From contig CM119371.1 in the NCBI GenBank assembly GCA_051294905.1, positions 12,960,001 through 13,024,000 of the forward strand: a DNA stretch of 64,000 nt, in the 5' to 3' direction. Source of the stretch: Botryllus schlosseri. Taxonomy: Eukaryota. Below are positions 1 through 12,719 of this stretch, piece by piece (position 1 is the stretch's first letter; each line of letters opens with the position of its first letter). The translations under genes were made by a program, and so were the position numbers. The notes below the pieces were generated by a model. That model was not told the DNA's origin. It did no database searches and saw nothing but the letters and a program-made list of their open reading frames with translations.

Positions 1-806
1 AATGAGAATTAGCGCAGTTTCTTAGGCTGTAGTGATACTCAGCCAGGAAAGTAATTGACCTAGCAGAGAGCAAAACGTTGTAAATAAAGCGAGCGAAACC
101 TCCGACAAATGATACGATAAAAGATTAGAATCGACAGTCTTACTAGAAGCAGAATAACTATCATGAGGGGTTAGACAACAGAAGCCCGGGAAGTGACCAT
201 CAGAAATTACTGCATACTGGCCGAACAAATTCATGACCACTAACAAATTGTCTTTTAATAGTCAATATTGATACCAAATGACACCACCCCTATTTCACCG
301 CAACATTTAGCAAATACAGCGCTGGAGTCAACCTTATATAAGCGCTAACCAAACGCCCCATTAGTTTTCCCATCTACTACTTAGCGCTTCGCGGATGGGA
401 ATACGCATTAAAGCGAACGGACACGACTTGTCATACTCTTGCTATTTCTGCTCCTTATTTCTCTTCGTTCCTCTTCTATGTCGCTTCCGCTTGAGGAGAA
501 AAACAGTCGGAGGCGTTTACGGATCGTGAATTCCCGGCTTAAGGGTGATTCTTCCTCCAATGGTCAGCACCTTGAAAATTGAGAACAATGTTGTTGCAAA
601 ATGCATGACAATTTGAAAGTTACATCATTCTAATTATTGCAGTTATGGCCGTGAATCGTTACAAGTGCGGTAACCATAAGTATTATAACTATACTTCAAC
701 TACAATATATTGTATAAAATAATTAACAGTTCTTTTACGTTGATCGAGTCCCAAATAGATGAAATATGTCAAAGAATTGGTTAAAATTTTTTGTATAATT
801 TGACAG

Positions 807-952
807 ATTCCGAAATCTTCTCAGAGTGCACCTTTCAAAAATTTGATATCAAGACTCCCAACATTTTACAATTCGAAGTTGGATGGCTTAACCAATACAA
901 GCGAAAAGTTTGTATCGCAATTGACAATTATGTAGAGAACGCTGCGAGACAT
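807..952 (+). CDS. Candidate internal exon (phase 1 to phase 0), unknown product; may belong to the 5' part of the NLR gene or to another gene
   Basis: Acceptor tttttgtataatttgacag|, open frame (D)SEIFSECTFQKFDIKTPNILQFEVGWLNQYKRKVCIAIDNYVENAARH, strong donor CAT|gtgagt. No family recognised. Confidence 0.45.
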
Positions 953-1322
953 GTGAGTAGGCCTACCCTTAAACGTTTCTCTGACATGGACATTAGGGCT
1001 CTTAAAAAATTTGAAAATTTTCTGTTCACCCAATGTAAGTGTTAGGTTATGTATAGAAACGATGTTCATCAAATTTGGTTCGATTCAAACAACTGGAAGC
1101 GGAGTTATTGCCATCGAAAAATTTGGATTTGAATAAAATAGTATTTACGGTGGGCACCACTATAATAAATAATTAAAGAATTGTGTCACGCTGTCATACT
1201 GTTCTTCGGGTTTCAATAACGTTTATCATGAAGGTACTTTTGGAAGCAGTATCAAAATTTTGTACCACCAACCAGTTATTCAATTACTATTTATATTCAA
1301 AGTAAATGCTCATTGCATGAAG

Positions 1323-2293
1323 CAGTTGTTGTAATGACTCGAGTCATGATTTTCTGTTGACTCGACTTGACTCGGGTCATCTTCTCAAAGTAGGGAAATG
1401 ACTTGACTCATTGCGCATGACTTGAGACTCAGACGGCCAAGACCGACATTTCATGGTTATTTCAAAGAATAGTACATTAAACCGCTATTGGGATTTCGTC
1501 TATTGACACTGGTATTTGAAAGTGTGACCAGAAACTGCTAAATGTAAGGAAAATTAGTATATTATAAATGCGACCCACTCGATATCACAAAAAATGTAAA
1601 AAGCTGGTTTAACAGGACTTAAATTGAAAACTGAGCAGCTAACACAATGACTTAGACTCTAACTCGAGTCATAATACCATAACTCGGTGGTGAATTGAAA
1701 ATGACTCGAGTCAAAACTATAAAAGTGAGATTGACTTGTGACTCGGAGCCTTGTGACTTGGTTACAACTAGGGCTGGGCAAAATCGAGTACCTGAGTGAT
1801 TCGATTCTGAATCACGTAAAATGCTTCGTAATCGAGTATCACTCATTATGACGTCACAACAGAATGTAATATGTCAAAATTCAAATATGTTCCTTTTAAG
1901 CGACGACAAAGACTATTATTCCTGGTATCCATCACATGAAAGATACTTTGGTATTTTTCGACCATGCTGATTTCATTGCACTTGGTGACAATGTTGTGGG
2001 ATGATCATGACTTCGGAAATGAATTATTTCCAGTAACGTTCGTAGCTTTGTACTATATGTTTTGTATGCTACGATACGGCCAATCAAGGTTTCAAGGCTT
2101 CGACAGGGATAATTAGTATCGAAACTATAATTCTCTTTGTTAAATTACCTTGCAGTGAATGCAGTGTAGAGTGGAGTATAATTTCAGTACTCGAAAAAAT
2201 CGTCTTTTACTACTCGACTCAAATCATTAAAATTAATACTCGATTCAGATTCGAGTACTCGAAACATTGTGCCCAGCCCTAGTTACAACCCTG
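1323..2293. mobile_element. hAT-type MITE (GACTCGAGTC-rich family) carrying a nested MITE
   Basis: Imperfect TIRs cagttgttgtaa/ttacaaccctg, exact 8-bp TSD GCATGAAG; family copies at 28207 and 57290. Confidence 0.85.
1769..2281. mobile_element. hAT-type MITE (TAGGGCTGGGCA family) nested in the terminus of the 1323-2293 MITE
   Basis: TIRs tagggctgggca/tgcccagcccta, exact 8-bp TSD GTTACAAC; relatives at 31956 and 60808. Confidence 0.9.
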
Positions 2294-2570
2294 GCATGAA
2301 GCCTCAATAGTTGCATGAGTGGGGTGACTAGACAAAGAACACAGTCACATTTGAGGCATATCATGAATGTCACTTACTATATGTGATCTTGTTCAAATGG
2401 AGGTTGATGAAAGCGTATTTCCCATTCTTTCCGACTCTGCTATAATTACACCAGACTGGCAACCTTCTTCATGATGATTCTTGCTGACCGAACAATATTG
2501 TCGCCGCCAACGGTACTGAGTGCAAATGTCTGATATGTCAATATAGGAACAGAATTAGTTGACTGTTCAT

Positions 2571-2836
2571 TAGGGCTCTTCAAAAATGACCTTTTTTCTC
2601 AAATCGTACTGGCTACTTGAAAAAATTGTTAGGTTGCCTAATTCAAGCCTAAACACAAAATTTGGTTCAATTCCAGCCAGTAACCGCTTTGCTACAGGAG
2701 AAGAAAGTTTCTATTTATCATATAAAAATAAATAGGTAATAAAAATTTTAAAAATTTTCTGTTCACCTGTAACCTAAAAATTTTATCAAGTAGCCAGTAC
2801 GATTCGAAAAAAAAAAGATATTTTTAAAAAGCCCTA
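2571..2836. mobile_element. hAT-type foldback MITE
   Basis: ~65-bp imperfect inverted arms tagggctct.../...aagcccta, exact 8-bp TSD CTGTTCAT; related sequence near 993, 5880, 31381 and 59499. Confidence 0.85.
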
Positions 2837-3282
2837 CTGTTCATGACCGTCCACGTTCAGAGTTGCATCTCAAAGATGCTGAAATAAGCCTAAATATAAT
2901 CCAAGCAATACGATCGTCCACTTTGACTGACTGAATTTCTAAAAATAATAAACGTAACACCTTGATAGCTTCCACATCTTACGTTTATATATACCGTCTG
3001 CTATCGGCACAACAAAGTATTTAAAAATAACAAAACAGATTCAACATACCACATCTCTCGCAAAGGCCTTTGCTTTCATTCAATTTGTCATCAAACTTCT
3101 TTAAATCCTCCTTTGTGGAGATGGCTTTGGAATTCTTTTAGGATCAATTCCGATATCGTTTTATCATATACAATCTATGGCGGGATAAACGTTTCGGATA
3201 AGTTCTAAAACGAACACAATTTTCCACACAAAAGTCAATTGCCACACGAAATGCCAAATGCTACGGTCTCATTTTACAAGGT

Positions 3283-3470
3283 ATGGCGAGGAAACGTAGT
3301 GGTACGTTCCATTATAGCTAAACACCAATGAATTGCGGGTTCGAGCCTGACACGTCGACTCCATAATTCCTACCGAAGTGTTGGCCGTTTATCTAGGCTC
3401 CTCCTCGCCATCTGATCCGCATAGCCATGTCTTAAAAAGCCTAGGAGTGGGCCGTGCTATAAGTGGGCAG
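3283..3470 (+). mobile_element. Possible tRNA-derived SINE remnant
   Basis: B-box-like GGTTCGAGCC near 3338 preceded by a weak A-box-like tggcg...tagtgg; no second copy or tail seen. Confidence 0.25.
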
Positions 3471-3471
3471 A

Positions 3472-4305
3472 TGGTTGCCGATGAACTCGGCCGCACAAAC
3501 TCGGCACTTGGTGAATTCGGCCCTCAGGAAATTTTGAAATGAAGTGTATTTACAGCTATTAATATGATGAATTATCAAACTAATAATAGTATTATCAAGT
3601 GATTCGTCAATCTTGTCAGGTCAGGGCATCCGTAGATCACGCAGTCACGGCGTGATTAGATCACGTATTGCGTAGCCGCGGGAAATAACGCAGCGCTCAT
3701 ATACTGACCACGCGCGGTCTGCTTGGAATTGATGGCGTGAGTGACGGGCCTGTGTCGTGTAAGTTTTGAGAAGATGGATCTTGGCGTTGTATGTGAGATG
3801 GAAACTGTGGAAGATCAAGCGGCACTTCTTCGTTTATCGATAACGACAAGCCAGTGTTCCTCATCAACAAATGTTTCGCATGATCACGTCAAAATAAATT
3901 ATTTTTTGCCTTTGGAGAGACGATTCCACTCAAGATTACCAGATCTACCGCGAGCCACGACACGTTTAAATCTCCTTTTTGATACTGTTCATTCATATTA
4001 AATGCATTTCTAATGTGAAGGTGTTCTAGTGCCAATTCCTCCAAGGGCCGAGTTCACCAAGTGAAGAGCGTCGCGTTATTTCCCGCGATTACGCAATCTG
4101 TGATCTAATCACGCCGTGACTGTGTGATCTACGCATGCCCTGACCCCCGTACAACATTGACAACCACTCAAAGTGCCTAGTTCACCGGCAAACATTCCAG
4201 TAACCAATCATGGTTCCCGGTACCGCTACGAGATCTACCACGGCCGAATTCACCAAGTGCCGAGTTTGTGCGGCCGAATTCACTAAGTGCCGAGTTCACT
4301 GGTAA
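3472..4305. mobile_element. Inverted-repeat element with AACTCGGC/GGCCGAATTC subterminal repeats
   Basis: aactcggccgcacaaactcggcacttggtgaattcggcc (3485-3523) is mirrored at 4242-4280; no clear TSD. Confidence 0.55.
3619..4145. mobile_element. MITE-like element with ~80-bp inverted arms, inside the 3472-4305 element
   Basis: ggtcagggcatccgtagatcac...gggaaataacgc mirrored by gcgttatttcccg...gtgatctacgcatgccctgacc; no TSD seen. Confidence 0.6.
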
Positions 4306-5520
4306 TTGGGCAGATACGGAATAATAATAATAAGAACCGGCCTGGTGTAAAGTGACCAGTGTAGTCGAACCACCACCATGAACACCACAAACAAACAAAC
4401 AAACATCTAACATGGAAAAGAAATTACCTTTACAGCCTTTGACAAACAGTTACCATTGAAACCAGCAATTTAGGTCTTATTCGAAAGCAGAATAACAACT
4501 GTTTTAGCGGACATATCAAATCAGATGTAGGAAAGTTCATGTAAAATAGCCCAAAATTTCATCTTACTGTGACCATATTCTATCAATATGGTCTAGCTAG
4601 CCAAATTCTCTGGGCCAACATACACAAGCTGCGTTTGGTTTTAATGATTAATAATCTTGTCACTGGATTCGAGGTATAATTGCACTCAAACATCAAATTT
4701 TGCTCCATTAATCAACATCAAGTTGAAATGTCCATTCTTGCACCAACTTTTATAAAATCACGAATCAGTGTTCAACAGGTATGTATCTATATGACTTGAC
4801 TTATGTACCTAGAAAATTCAAGCATAAATATTATGATATACCGTAGGTAGGCTTATAGGTACCGGTAATTCAGATGTTTGAAGCGACTTGGACAACTAGA
4901 TAATTATAGTGGTCTAATTTCACTAAATTAGAGCGAAATGCCAGCAATATAATTGTAATCTAATTCGGAAAAAACGGTTTAGCTCTAATTCTAACCTGGA
5001 AAAGCGGAAACTTTTCTATAGTTGTCTACACCTGTTTTGCAGAAAGTCAAACAGCTCTAGGCGTCATATACTACAGGCAATTCGAAATACCCCATAAGCT
5101 ATAGGCTACTGCGTATATACCTTTAACCCGCTACCTCAGTCAGTCACAATTCCTATATATTTACGGCATTTACCATACAGAAAGAGCGAACTATGCCTGA
5201 CCGAGACCTGTTCCGCGTCAAATCTTTGTCCGGCGCGATGACGTAAAATTTGAATCGCCAAAATATTCTAGAAGTCACGCATCGATAATCATATTCCTAA
5301 ACGTACAACATCTCACTTATTTAGTTATTCTCTGAATAAAACTATTAGCCATACTCGTTGAACATGCGAGATTACCGAAAGAGCGAATATATATAATGAA
5401 GATCATATATATCAGAAGAAAACAAAACTGTTCGACCTTAGAGCAACAACACGAATATACAACACCGGTGACATCCTCACGCAATAAAACGAAGGGAGAA
5501 CATTATTTTCTAATGGATCG

Positions 5521-5778
5521 AACGAAGCTACCGCATGAGATCGAACAAAACCCGATAGGAATTCATCGTGATTGAATGTACCGACAAAGTCATCCTTTCT
5601 ACGTATTTTAGTCATACCCGCGAGAGATAGAAAATTTGCATTATTAGGTTAACTACCGGATATAACGAAGCCTAATGCATGAGATGGAACAACACCGAGT
5701 ATGAATTTATTCTGATTGAATATAACCACAAGACCATCCAACTACGTATTTTAGACATTCCCTCGACACTTAGAAAAT
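5521..5778 (+). repeat. Diverged tandem duplication, two ~115-bp units about 145 bp apart
   Basis: aacgaagc..gcatgagat.gaacaa...tgattgaat...ctacgtattttag.cat.cc...tagaaaat occurs twice. Confidence 0.6.
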
Positions 5779-6449
5779 CAGAACCTAATCGAGATGATCC
5801 CGGATGATCCTTTTACGGTTTTGTGTTTGTTGGGCTAGAATTGAGTTTGCCGGGCGTGATTGTTCAATGTTCACTTTGGGGCAGTTCAAAGAAAAAAAAT
5901 TCAAAGTTCACTGGCTATGGAATGAAATTGTTAGGTGTATTAAAACACCACATTTGACTCAATTCCAACCAGTAGAAGTCAAGTTCTTGCAGTAGAAATT
6001 TTCAAATTATTATATATAAAAAAAATTAAATAATTCACATTTCTTGCGCACCCCATAGAATTGCTAGGCTGTCAGTAGAGACGATGCACACCAAATTGGG
6101 CTCAATTCCAACCAGTAGAAGCGATAGGCTGCAAGGTGTAAACTGTCAAATGATTGGTTCACCGAGAAGGCAGCCTCTAGGTCAGGGGTGGCAATTATTT
6201 TCCTCCGCGGGCCAAATGAGAAGTTGAAAATACGTTGACGGGCCGAGCAAAAATTTTCATCCATATTCTCCTGCGTATTTTAATTTCAATTCTAAATGAC
6301 ATTGTGCATAATAGCTGCTCAGTGATGAATGTCTTCATGTCAGGTAATAACTTATCTATTTGCCGTCATTATTCGAAACAAATGATAAACATATGCATTT
6401 TTAACTCTCTTCAAACCCCTATCCACGTTCTTCTATTAAGAGTCTAAAA

Positions 6450-6749
6450 CAGTGGTTCTCCCACTTTTTTAGGCTCGCTTCCCATTATGATAGTGAAAAC
6501 TAAATCATGATATTACAGAATATTAAAAAGTGTGACCAGAATGCTAGCAATCCCTACGGATAGTTTGATGGCATGGAAGATTATGGCTGTTGATGAGTGA
6601 ATACTGTAATATCAAAGCAGGACGATACACAGAGCAACAACTTTAAGCGGGAGGTAAATCGCACGAAGCGCGAAAAAAATTCAATCAGCTTCGGCTTCGC
6701 GCCCCCTTCTGATGCTTTGTCGCCCCCCCCCACAGTTCGAGAACCACTG
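6450..6749. mobile_element. hAT (Charlie-like) MITE
   Basis: TIRs cagtggttctc/gagaaccactg; TSD not preserved. Confidence 0.6.
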
Positions 6750-6974
6750 CATACAATGGCACAAAGCTTATTTTCTTGGTCGCTGCCTTCCGAGCCGCGT
6801 GCAGCTTAAATAGCCCCGATGTATGGTCACCTTCCCTTGACCGAGTGTCTCGTGTTTTTGTCATAAGACCGACCTTAATTAAAATACGTAATCTCGGCGA
6901 CATGGCCGGCAAAAATTAAAAGGACGGGTTTACCCCTGACATCAATATACAAATATTTAGTGCTAAGTCTACAC

Positions 6975-7698
6975 CAGGGCCGGCCAACCCGTGGCCCGCG
7001 GGCCACATGTGGCCCGCGAGAAGGTTTTGAGTGGCCCGCGAGGTAATTTCCGAAATTTCTAATATCATAAAAAACGGATTGCACAGATTGTGAACTTGCA
7101 AGGCCGACCAAATATTTGATTAGTCTGGCCGCAACACTTGAGATGTGATGACTAAAATATCAGTTTCGACTCATTGACAGATCCATCAACCATTCATATA
7201 TTGGTATATCTTCGTACACTACAATAAAGCAGAATAATTTGCGATAGATTTATCAAAGGTAAAAATTTTCTCCAAGCTTAGCGCAATGTCGTCACTCGAT
7301 TTCTTGTTCTTAATATTGTTGCCCTTTTGTGTAAATTGAAGAACACCCAATGTATCAGATTGAGTCGAACTATATTAGCTATCATGAGACAAAGTGTCGT
7401 TCAACATATGCGACCTTGCATTTGCGCTCGCAGTAAGACCGTCGACTATGAAACCTATAGGCACGAAATGATTGACGCATGTTGGTAGCAGCTTTCGATA
7501 TCGATATGTCCATGCGCCGAATAGCCCAGTCCTCGCAAACTTAGCCTAGCGATATACAGCAGGCCCGCAATATAGTCAAGTGACAATATTATTGACCTAT
7601 GAACTTCAAAAAATTTTCGCGCTTCGCGCGGATAGTGGCCCGCGCTGAAGCTCGTCAATCGAATGTGGCCCTTTGGCTGAAAAGGTTGGCCAGCCCTG
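6975..7698. mobile_element. hAT-type MITE (CAGGGCCGGCCAACC family)
   Basis: TIRs cagggccggccaacc/ggttggccagccctg, exact TSD GTCTACAC; full-length homolog at 27317-28041. Confidence 0.95.
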
Positions 7699-8306
7699 GT
7701 CTACACCTTCCTGGAATGTAAGTTTTCGGCTTTCTTTTTTGGCATGCCCGTTATTCCATTATGGATGATAGATATGATATAGTAATCGCGAGTACTGAAT
7801 GACTTGTTTTACGAATTAGGGATTTTGAAACGTATCACGTAGCAATTTGAAACACAGGCCGTATAATGTATAATGTGACAATGGCAACAGAGAGGGTTCG
7901 AACTAAACCATATGGAAAGCACGATTTCTTGTGACTTCAATTGCTACTCATAATTTGCTACATTGCCTTTATCTTGAATCTGAATTACGCATGCGAGGTA
8001 CGTAGGCAGCGTAATCGTGGCATATCAATGAACAGGCTTCCATGCAAACGAATTTCCTGTTTAGTTGATACATCCTATGGTTTCAGTCATTCGAAAAGCA
8101 AGTTCTATGTTTTGAATACCAAGCAACCTTTCGCGGGTCGCACAAAATAGCTTTGCGGACCGCATTGGTCCCGCGGGCCGCACTTTGCCCGGGCGTGCTC
8201 TTGGACACCAACGAAATGCAGTTTGCTATATAAATTTGACTTTATATACAATCTTGACAATAATTTGACTCATTTGGATTCATAACTCTGAACCTTGTTT
8301 CTGCAG

Positions 8307-9743
8307 ACGTAAACTACAGACGATTGATAGCGGTTATAAACCGTCATACTCAACAAGAAACTGCTGGCGGCATCAGGGAAGACTTCAAGAATGAAATTCT
8401 TTGCGAACCAGACTTCGAAGTGTTCCCGCAGATGAAAAAAGTCAGAGTTGCCGACTACTATAAAGGCCGATTTCGCAAAGAAAATCCTTCTGCTGCCGAA
8501 ACCTCAATTTCGCGGAGTGAGTTGACAGAGGAAATCGGGTTTCACCGCCAGCAAGACAACGACGGTAAATGGATCAAAATCGAAGAGATAATGGAATCGA
8601 TATCAAAAACAGATGAACTACCTCCACGCGATGAAGTTGGTTACACTGCTATCGTAGCGTCGGCGGGATCGGGCAAAACTACCCTAATGCGTAGAATTGC
8701 TCGAAAAGCGCTCGGTATTTCCACTGTGAAAGAAAAAGGTGAACGCGCCCCTTCCCATCCGAGACGAAAAATGATACATTACATGGAATTAAAGAACATG
8801 CAAGAAGAGAACGGTATAAAAGCATCCAAATTTCTATTTGGCGGTCTCTTTGAAACTGAGTTTGAAGAGGATGAAGCTTATAAATGGTTACTTGAGAATC
8901 AATCTGAGGCAATTATCATTTTCGACGGGCTTGATCAAATGAAGTGGGACTTTGAGGAGTCTACCTTACGAGATATCAAAACGTTTGAAAACGCGAGTAC
9001 CTCGACCATCATGTGCAACATCTTATCACGAAGAATCCTTCGCCACGCCAAAATCATCGTGTCGTCACGTGAATTCAAAGTCTCCGAGTTACCGGCTAAG
9101 GCGCGTCCGAAAGAAATAATCACACTTAATGGTCTCACACCGCAAAGCGCTTATAAATTGTTTACTTATCTGCTCTTTGAGAACGGGAAGCGTCTCTGGG
9201 AGAAGATTAAAAGCATGTCACCGCGATTATTACAACTAGTATCAGTCCCGGTTTTCCTGATTTTGATAGCAGTGGAGATGGGAATTGATCCAAATAGACC
9301 TCCTCCGTCTACCGTGACAGAACTGTACAGCAGGATCATGTTAATCTTACGGAGTGTGGAATATATCCGAAACCGTAAGCAAATCCTCTCGATTATCAAC
9401 AAATTGAAGGAAATGGCGTTTGAAGGCGTGAAAGAGGGACGAGTCGTGTTCTACAAAGCAGATTTGGATCGGTTTGGAGTTTCCGCGGATGAAGTACAGG
9501 ATTTGATGACGAAAGTGCCTGGCAACAACATCCTCAGCCGTCACTTGATGGAAGGCGACTTTACTTTCTTCTTCTGTCATCAAAGCATGCAAGAATTTCT
9601 GGCAGCTTGTTTTGTCTCGGAATTGAAGCTCGAAACGTACTCTCTGTTCGATAGCCAACAACTACATGAGAAACAATGGTCCGTGGTTCGAAGATTCGTC
9701 ACTGGTATCGTTTACATGAATTATACTAGCGACGTTCACAGCG
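8307..9743 (+). CDS. NACHT-domain exon of an NLR-like (NACHT-LRR) protein
   Basis: Acceptor ttgtttctgcag| (phase 1), uninterrupted ~479-codon frame, donor G|gtaagt (phase 1). Motifs: Walker A ASAGSGKTT, Walker B IIIFDGLDQ, sensor-1 IIVSSR, VPVF, winged-helix FFFCHQSMQEFLAA. Confidence 0.95.
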
Positions 9744-10374
9744 GTAAGTAATCGTGGTTTTCCGCAACTATTCTGCCCCAGCACTGATTAATTATGATGG
9801 ATCGCTTATATTTTGTAATGACTTTGATGGTATCGTCGCGATTGAAGGGGTGAAATAGTCGAAAGATCATTCACGGCATGAAAATAAGTCTTTATTTTTA
9901 GTCGGCAAAATAAAACTTTATATTTAAAATCTGCATATATTGGCAGATAATTGAACGTGAGCTTAACCAGGGCACGCTGTTGATCACTATGTGACATTGT
10001 TTGTTTGCTTTTTTTGAGTATTCATGACGTCTGTCGACTACAGTGGTCATTTACAGCAGGCCGTGTTTTTGCAATTTTGATTCCGTATTTTTCGACTTCT
10101 TGCACGACCGACTTCAAAGCTTTTTGAAATACAACGCTTCCGCGGATGAGATGGAGAGGAACCTATATAAAACTCCAACACTTAGGTATCAATTCTTGAG
10201 TCGAACTCAGTCGGACATATGACATTGATGCGCATGAAATGCTCCTGTTATTGTGAACTAGATATGAGAGTTCAATGACTCCATTTGAACCTTGCATCAT
10301 CGATGTCTCGTAAATCATACAATTGTGACGTAAATGGTAAGGCAAAAAAACATTACGAATACAACATGGTGATT

Positions 10375-11000
10375 CATAGTGTCCTACATGGTGTCGACAC
10401 AAGCAAATATCACGTCTCAGTGAAATTGTATCACGTCACAATTTCCATTTAGCTACAGGCAATTTGACGGTCATTTTTGACCGGCTTGCCGAGCATTAAA
10501 TTTGGTAAAACGGGTATCAATCGAAAGTTGACCCTGCACTTATTACGGAAATATAAATTTTATTCCGCTGGTGGCCCTGGAACTCCCACAATGAGCCTCG
10601 AATTTTTCATTGTTATGGAGATTGGCATTGCAACACAACAATGCTGTCTAGCGAAACGAGAGAGTAGCTCATGACGCAACAATGCTGTCTTGCGAAACGA
10701 GAGAGTAGCTCAAGAAAAAAAGAGCCAGAAAGCATCATTGCGTCCCAATGCCAACCTCCATAACAATGAAAAATTCGAGGCTGATTGTGGGGGTTCCAGG
10801 GCCGCGAGCGGAATAAAATTTATATTTTCGTCATCAGTGTAGAGTCAGCTTTCGCTTGATACCCGTTTTACCAAATTTAATGCTCGGTAAGCCGGTCAAA
10901 AATGACCGTCAAATTGCCTGTAGCCAAATGGAAATTGTGACGTGATACATTTCACTGAGCTGTGAGATTTGCTTGTGTCGACACCATATAGGACACTATG
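10375..11000. mobile_element. Long foldback (palindromic) element with ~265-bp arms
   Basis: catagtgtccta.../...taggacactatg with near-continuous reverse complementarity; the centre holds a tandem ~38-bp duplication (caacaatgctgtct.gcgaaacgagagagtagctca). Confidence 0.9.
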
Positions 11001-11016
11001 GTGTATTGCTTGACAG

Positions 11017-11330
11017 TCTCGGATCAAACACAGAAGAGACAAATTCTTGCTCGATCGATTCGTTCGCGACTGCAGGAGAAGACTGAAATAGACGACAAAT
11101 ACGGACGCCTGGATCTCTATACAGCAATCTGCGAATCGGGCGACGACAATCTTATGAAATATATTTCCGTCATCGACGCATCACATATCTCATTGAGTCG
11201 CGATGAAGCTCACGTCGTTGGATTGCTTGCAGCAAGGAATCGAAGTCTTCGTTTTTTGAATTTAGCCTACTGCAGTATGGACGAAGAGCTTATTGGCATC
11301 ATTGCAAGGTGTCTGGATAATCGAATACGT
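11017..11330 (+). CDS. NLR exon: end of helical domain 2 plus first LRR-like units
   Basis: Acceptor ttgcttgacag| joins in phase with the NACHT exon (G+TC = Val). Encodes LDLYTAICES and LRR-like SLRFLNLAYCSM; donor CGT|gtgagt (phase 0). Confidence 0.9.
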
Positions 11331-12138
11331 GTGAGTCATACTGTTTCAAATGATTCATTTCGTAGGAAAACTATATTATGTGTTATTCTGGAATTCATGT
11401 CAGTTTGAGCCCTCCCCTGTTCAGACATGGTGCGATATTCACATCTTTTCGCTGTGATGCACTATTCGTAGCAATCGCTTGAGTGTAATAATTTCACGTC
11501 GCTTAGGTCTATTGCGGGAACCATAGCAATTTTCAAAATCGTATTCGATGGGAACGATATAGTGGCAACCTGTTCAGTGAACAATAACATACCGGTACAT
11601 GATATATGAGTATTAAGGAGTATTTTCATCGATCTCAAGTACCTCCAAGCGTAACTTCTCTAAATACTGGATTTGCATAGACGTCAACTGCTGTCACAAA
11701 GAGACTCATCCAGAGTCAATCAACGATCGCGCATATGACTATTGGTATAATTTAATTGCAGCAAATTGTGCTCAATATATGACGCTGGTAGACGTCACAT
11801 TGGCTTGATGCACTCTTCAGAGTAAATGTTATGCAAATGTTCATTTTGCGGGTAACACAATATCAAAGTTTATTAGCGAATATTAAAAACAATTCAACTG
11901 ACGATCAGCCTGGATAAACTAGCTTTCGTAAACTTCGCCCTTAGTCTACATAAACTTTGATTAATAAACTTGAGTGAATGCTGATTCCAACTTCCAGCTT
12001 CGGCATTGCTGTCTGCTTATTGTATTGTTCAGTTTTTTTTTAGCTGTGAGTTTTGCTGTGAATAAACCGTCATTTACTCATTAATTGATATAAAAATATT
12101 AGACACATACGCATTGACATTACATATTGACTTAGCAG

Positions 12139-12329
12139 CAACGTTCCTTCTAATTTTTGACGAGTCTTCGCGTACGAACCAACTCACTGCGCCGTCCTTG
12201 GAAAACAGTGCGTAACGACTGAAAAAAGGTCATCACGTCGATTTTTTGTGCGCAGCTTAGATTTTCTATGCGCAGAGGCCATGTCAGCACTGTGTAATCG
12301 CGCACGTGCGGAGCTTAGAGGAAACATTG
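12139..12329. mobile_element. Short hAT-type MITE
   Basis: Imperfect TIRs caacgttccttctaa/ttagaggaaacattg; flanks cttagcag/catagcat (6/8). Confidence 0.55.
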
Positions 12330-12719
12330 CATAGCATCCCGAGTAAAGATATCCTTTACTGCCTAAAATTTAGAAAGAGAATTAATACGCTGGTCTGCCA
12401 CAATAATCTTTTTTTTCCGATTTGGTCTCTTCAAAAAATAATGTCTAGATAGGGCCTATTTTTGACTGCATGGTATTGAATTATTCGTCACTTATGACAA
12501 ACCAAATTCAGGTATATTACCAGCGAAAACATTCCAAACACCAACATACGGCTTCGTCGAAAATTAGGTGTTCGGTTGATCCATGCTGATTATGTTTTCT
12601 AGCGCGATCAAATTTGGTACAACCGATCAGTTTGATAACGTAACGGTTCCAGTTGTATCAGATGTGAGTGAGAGGGTGTGTTATAATAGACTCTTTGATT
12701 CGAGCATTCGATGAGCTAC

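Larger units (their letters stand above)
6183..8197. mobile_element. Old hAT-type MITE ends enclosing younger insertions
   Basis: Left end caggggtggcaa...gcgggcc; right end gcgggccgcactttgcccgggcgtg; flanks ctctaggt/ctcttgga (6/8). Confidence 0.4.

Noticed and set aside
7907..7997. Frame ending ATG CGA G|gtacgt, with an LLHCLYLE motif, as the exon preceding the NACHT exon
   Set aside because: Phase fits, but there is no good acceptor, it lies between probable MITE ends, and an HD2-like motif would be on the wrong side of the NACHT. Not supportable without transcripts.
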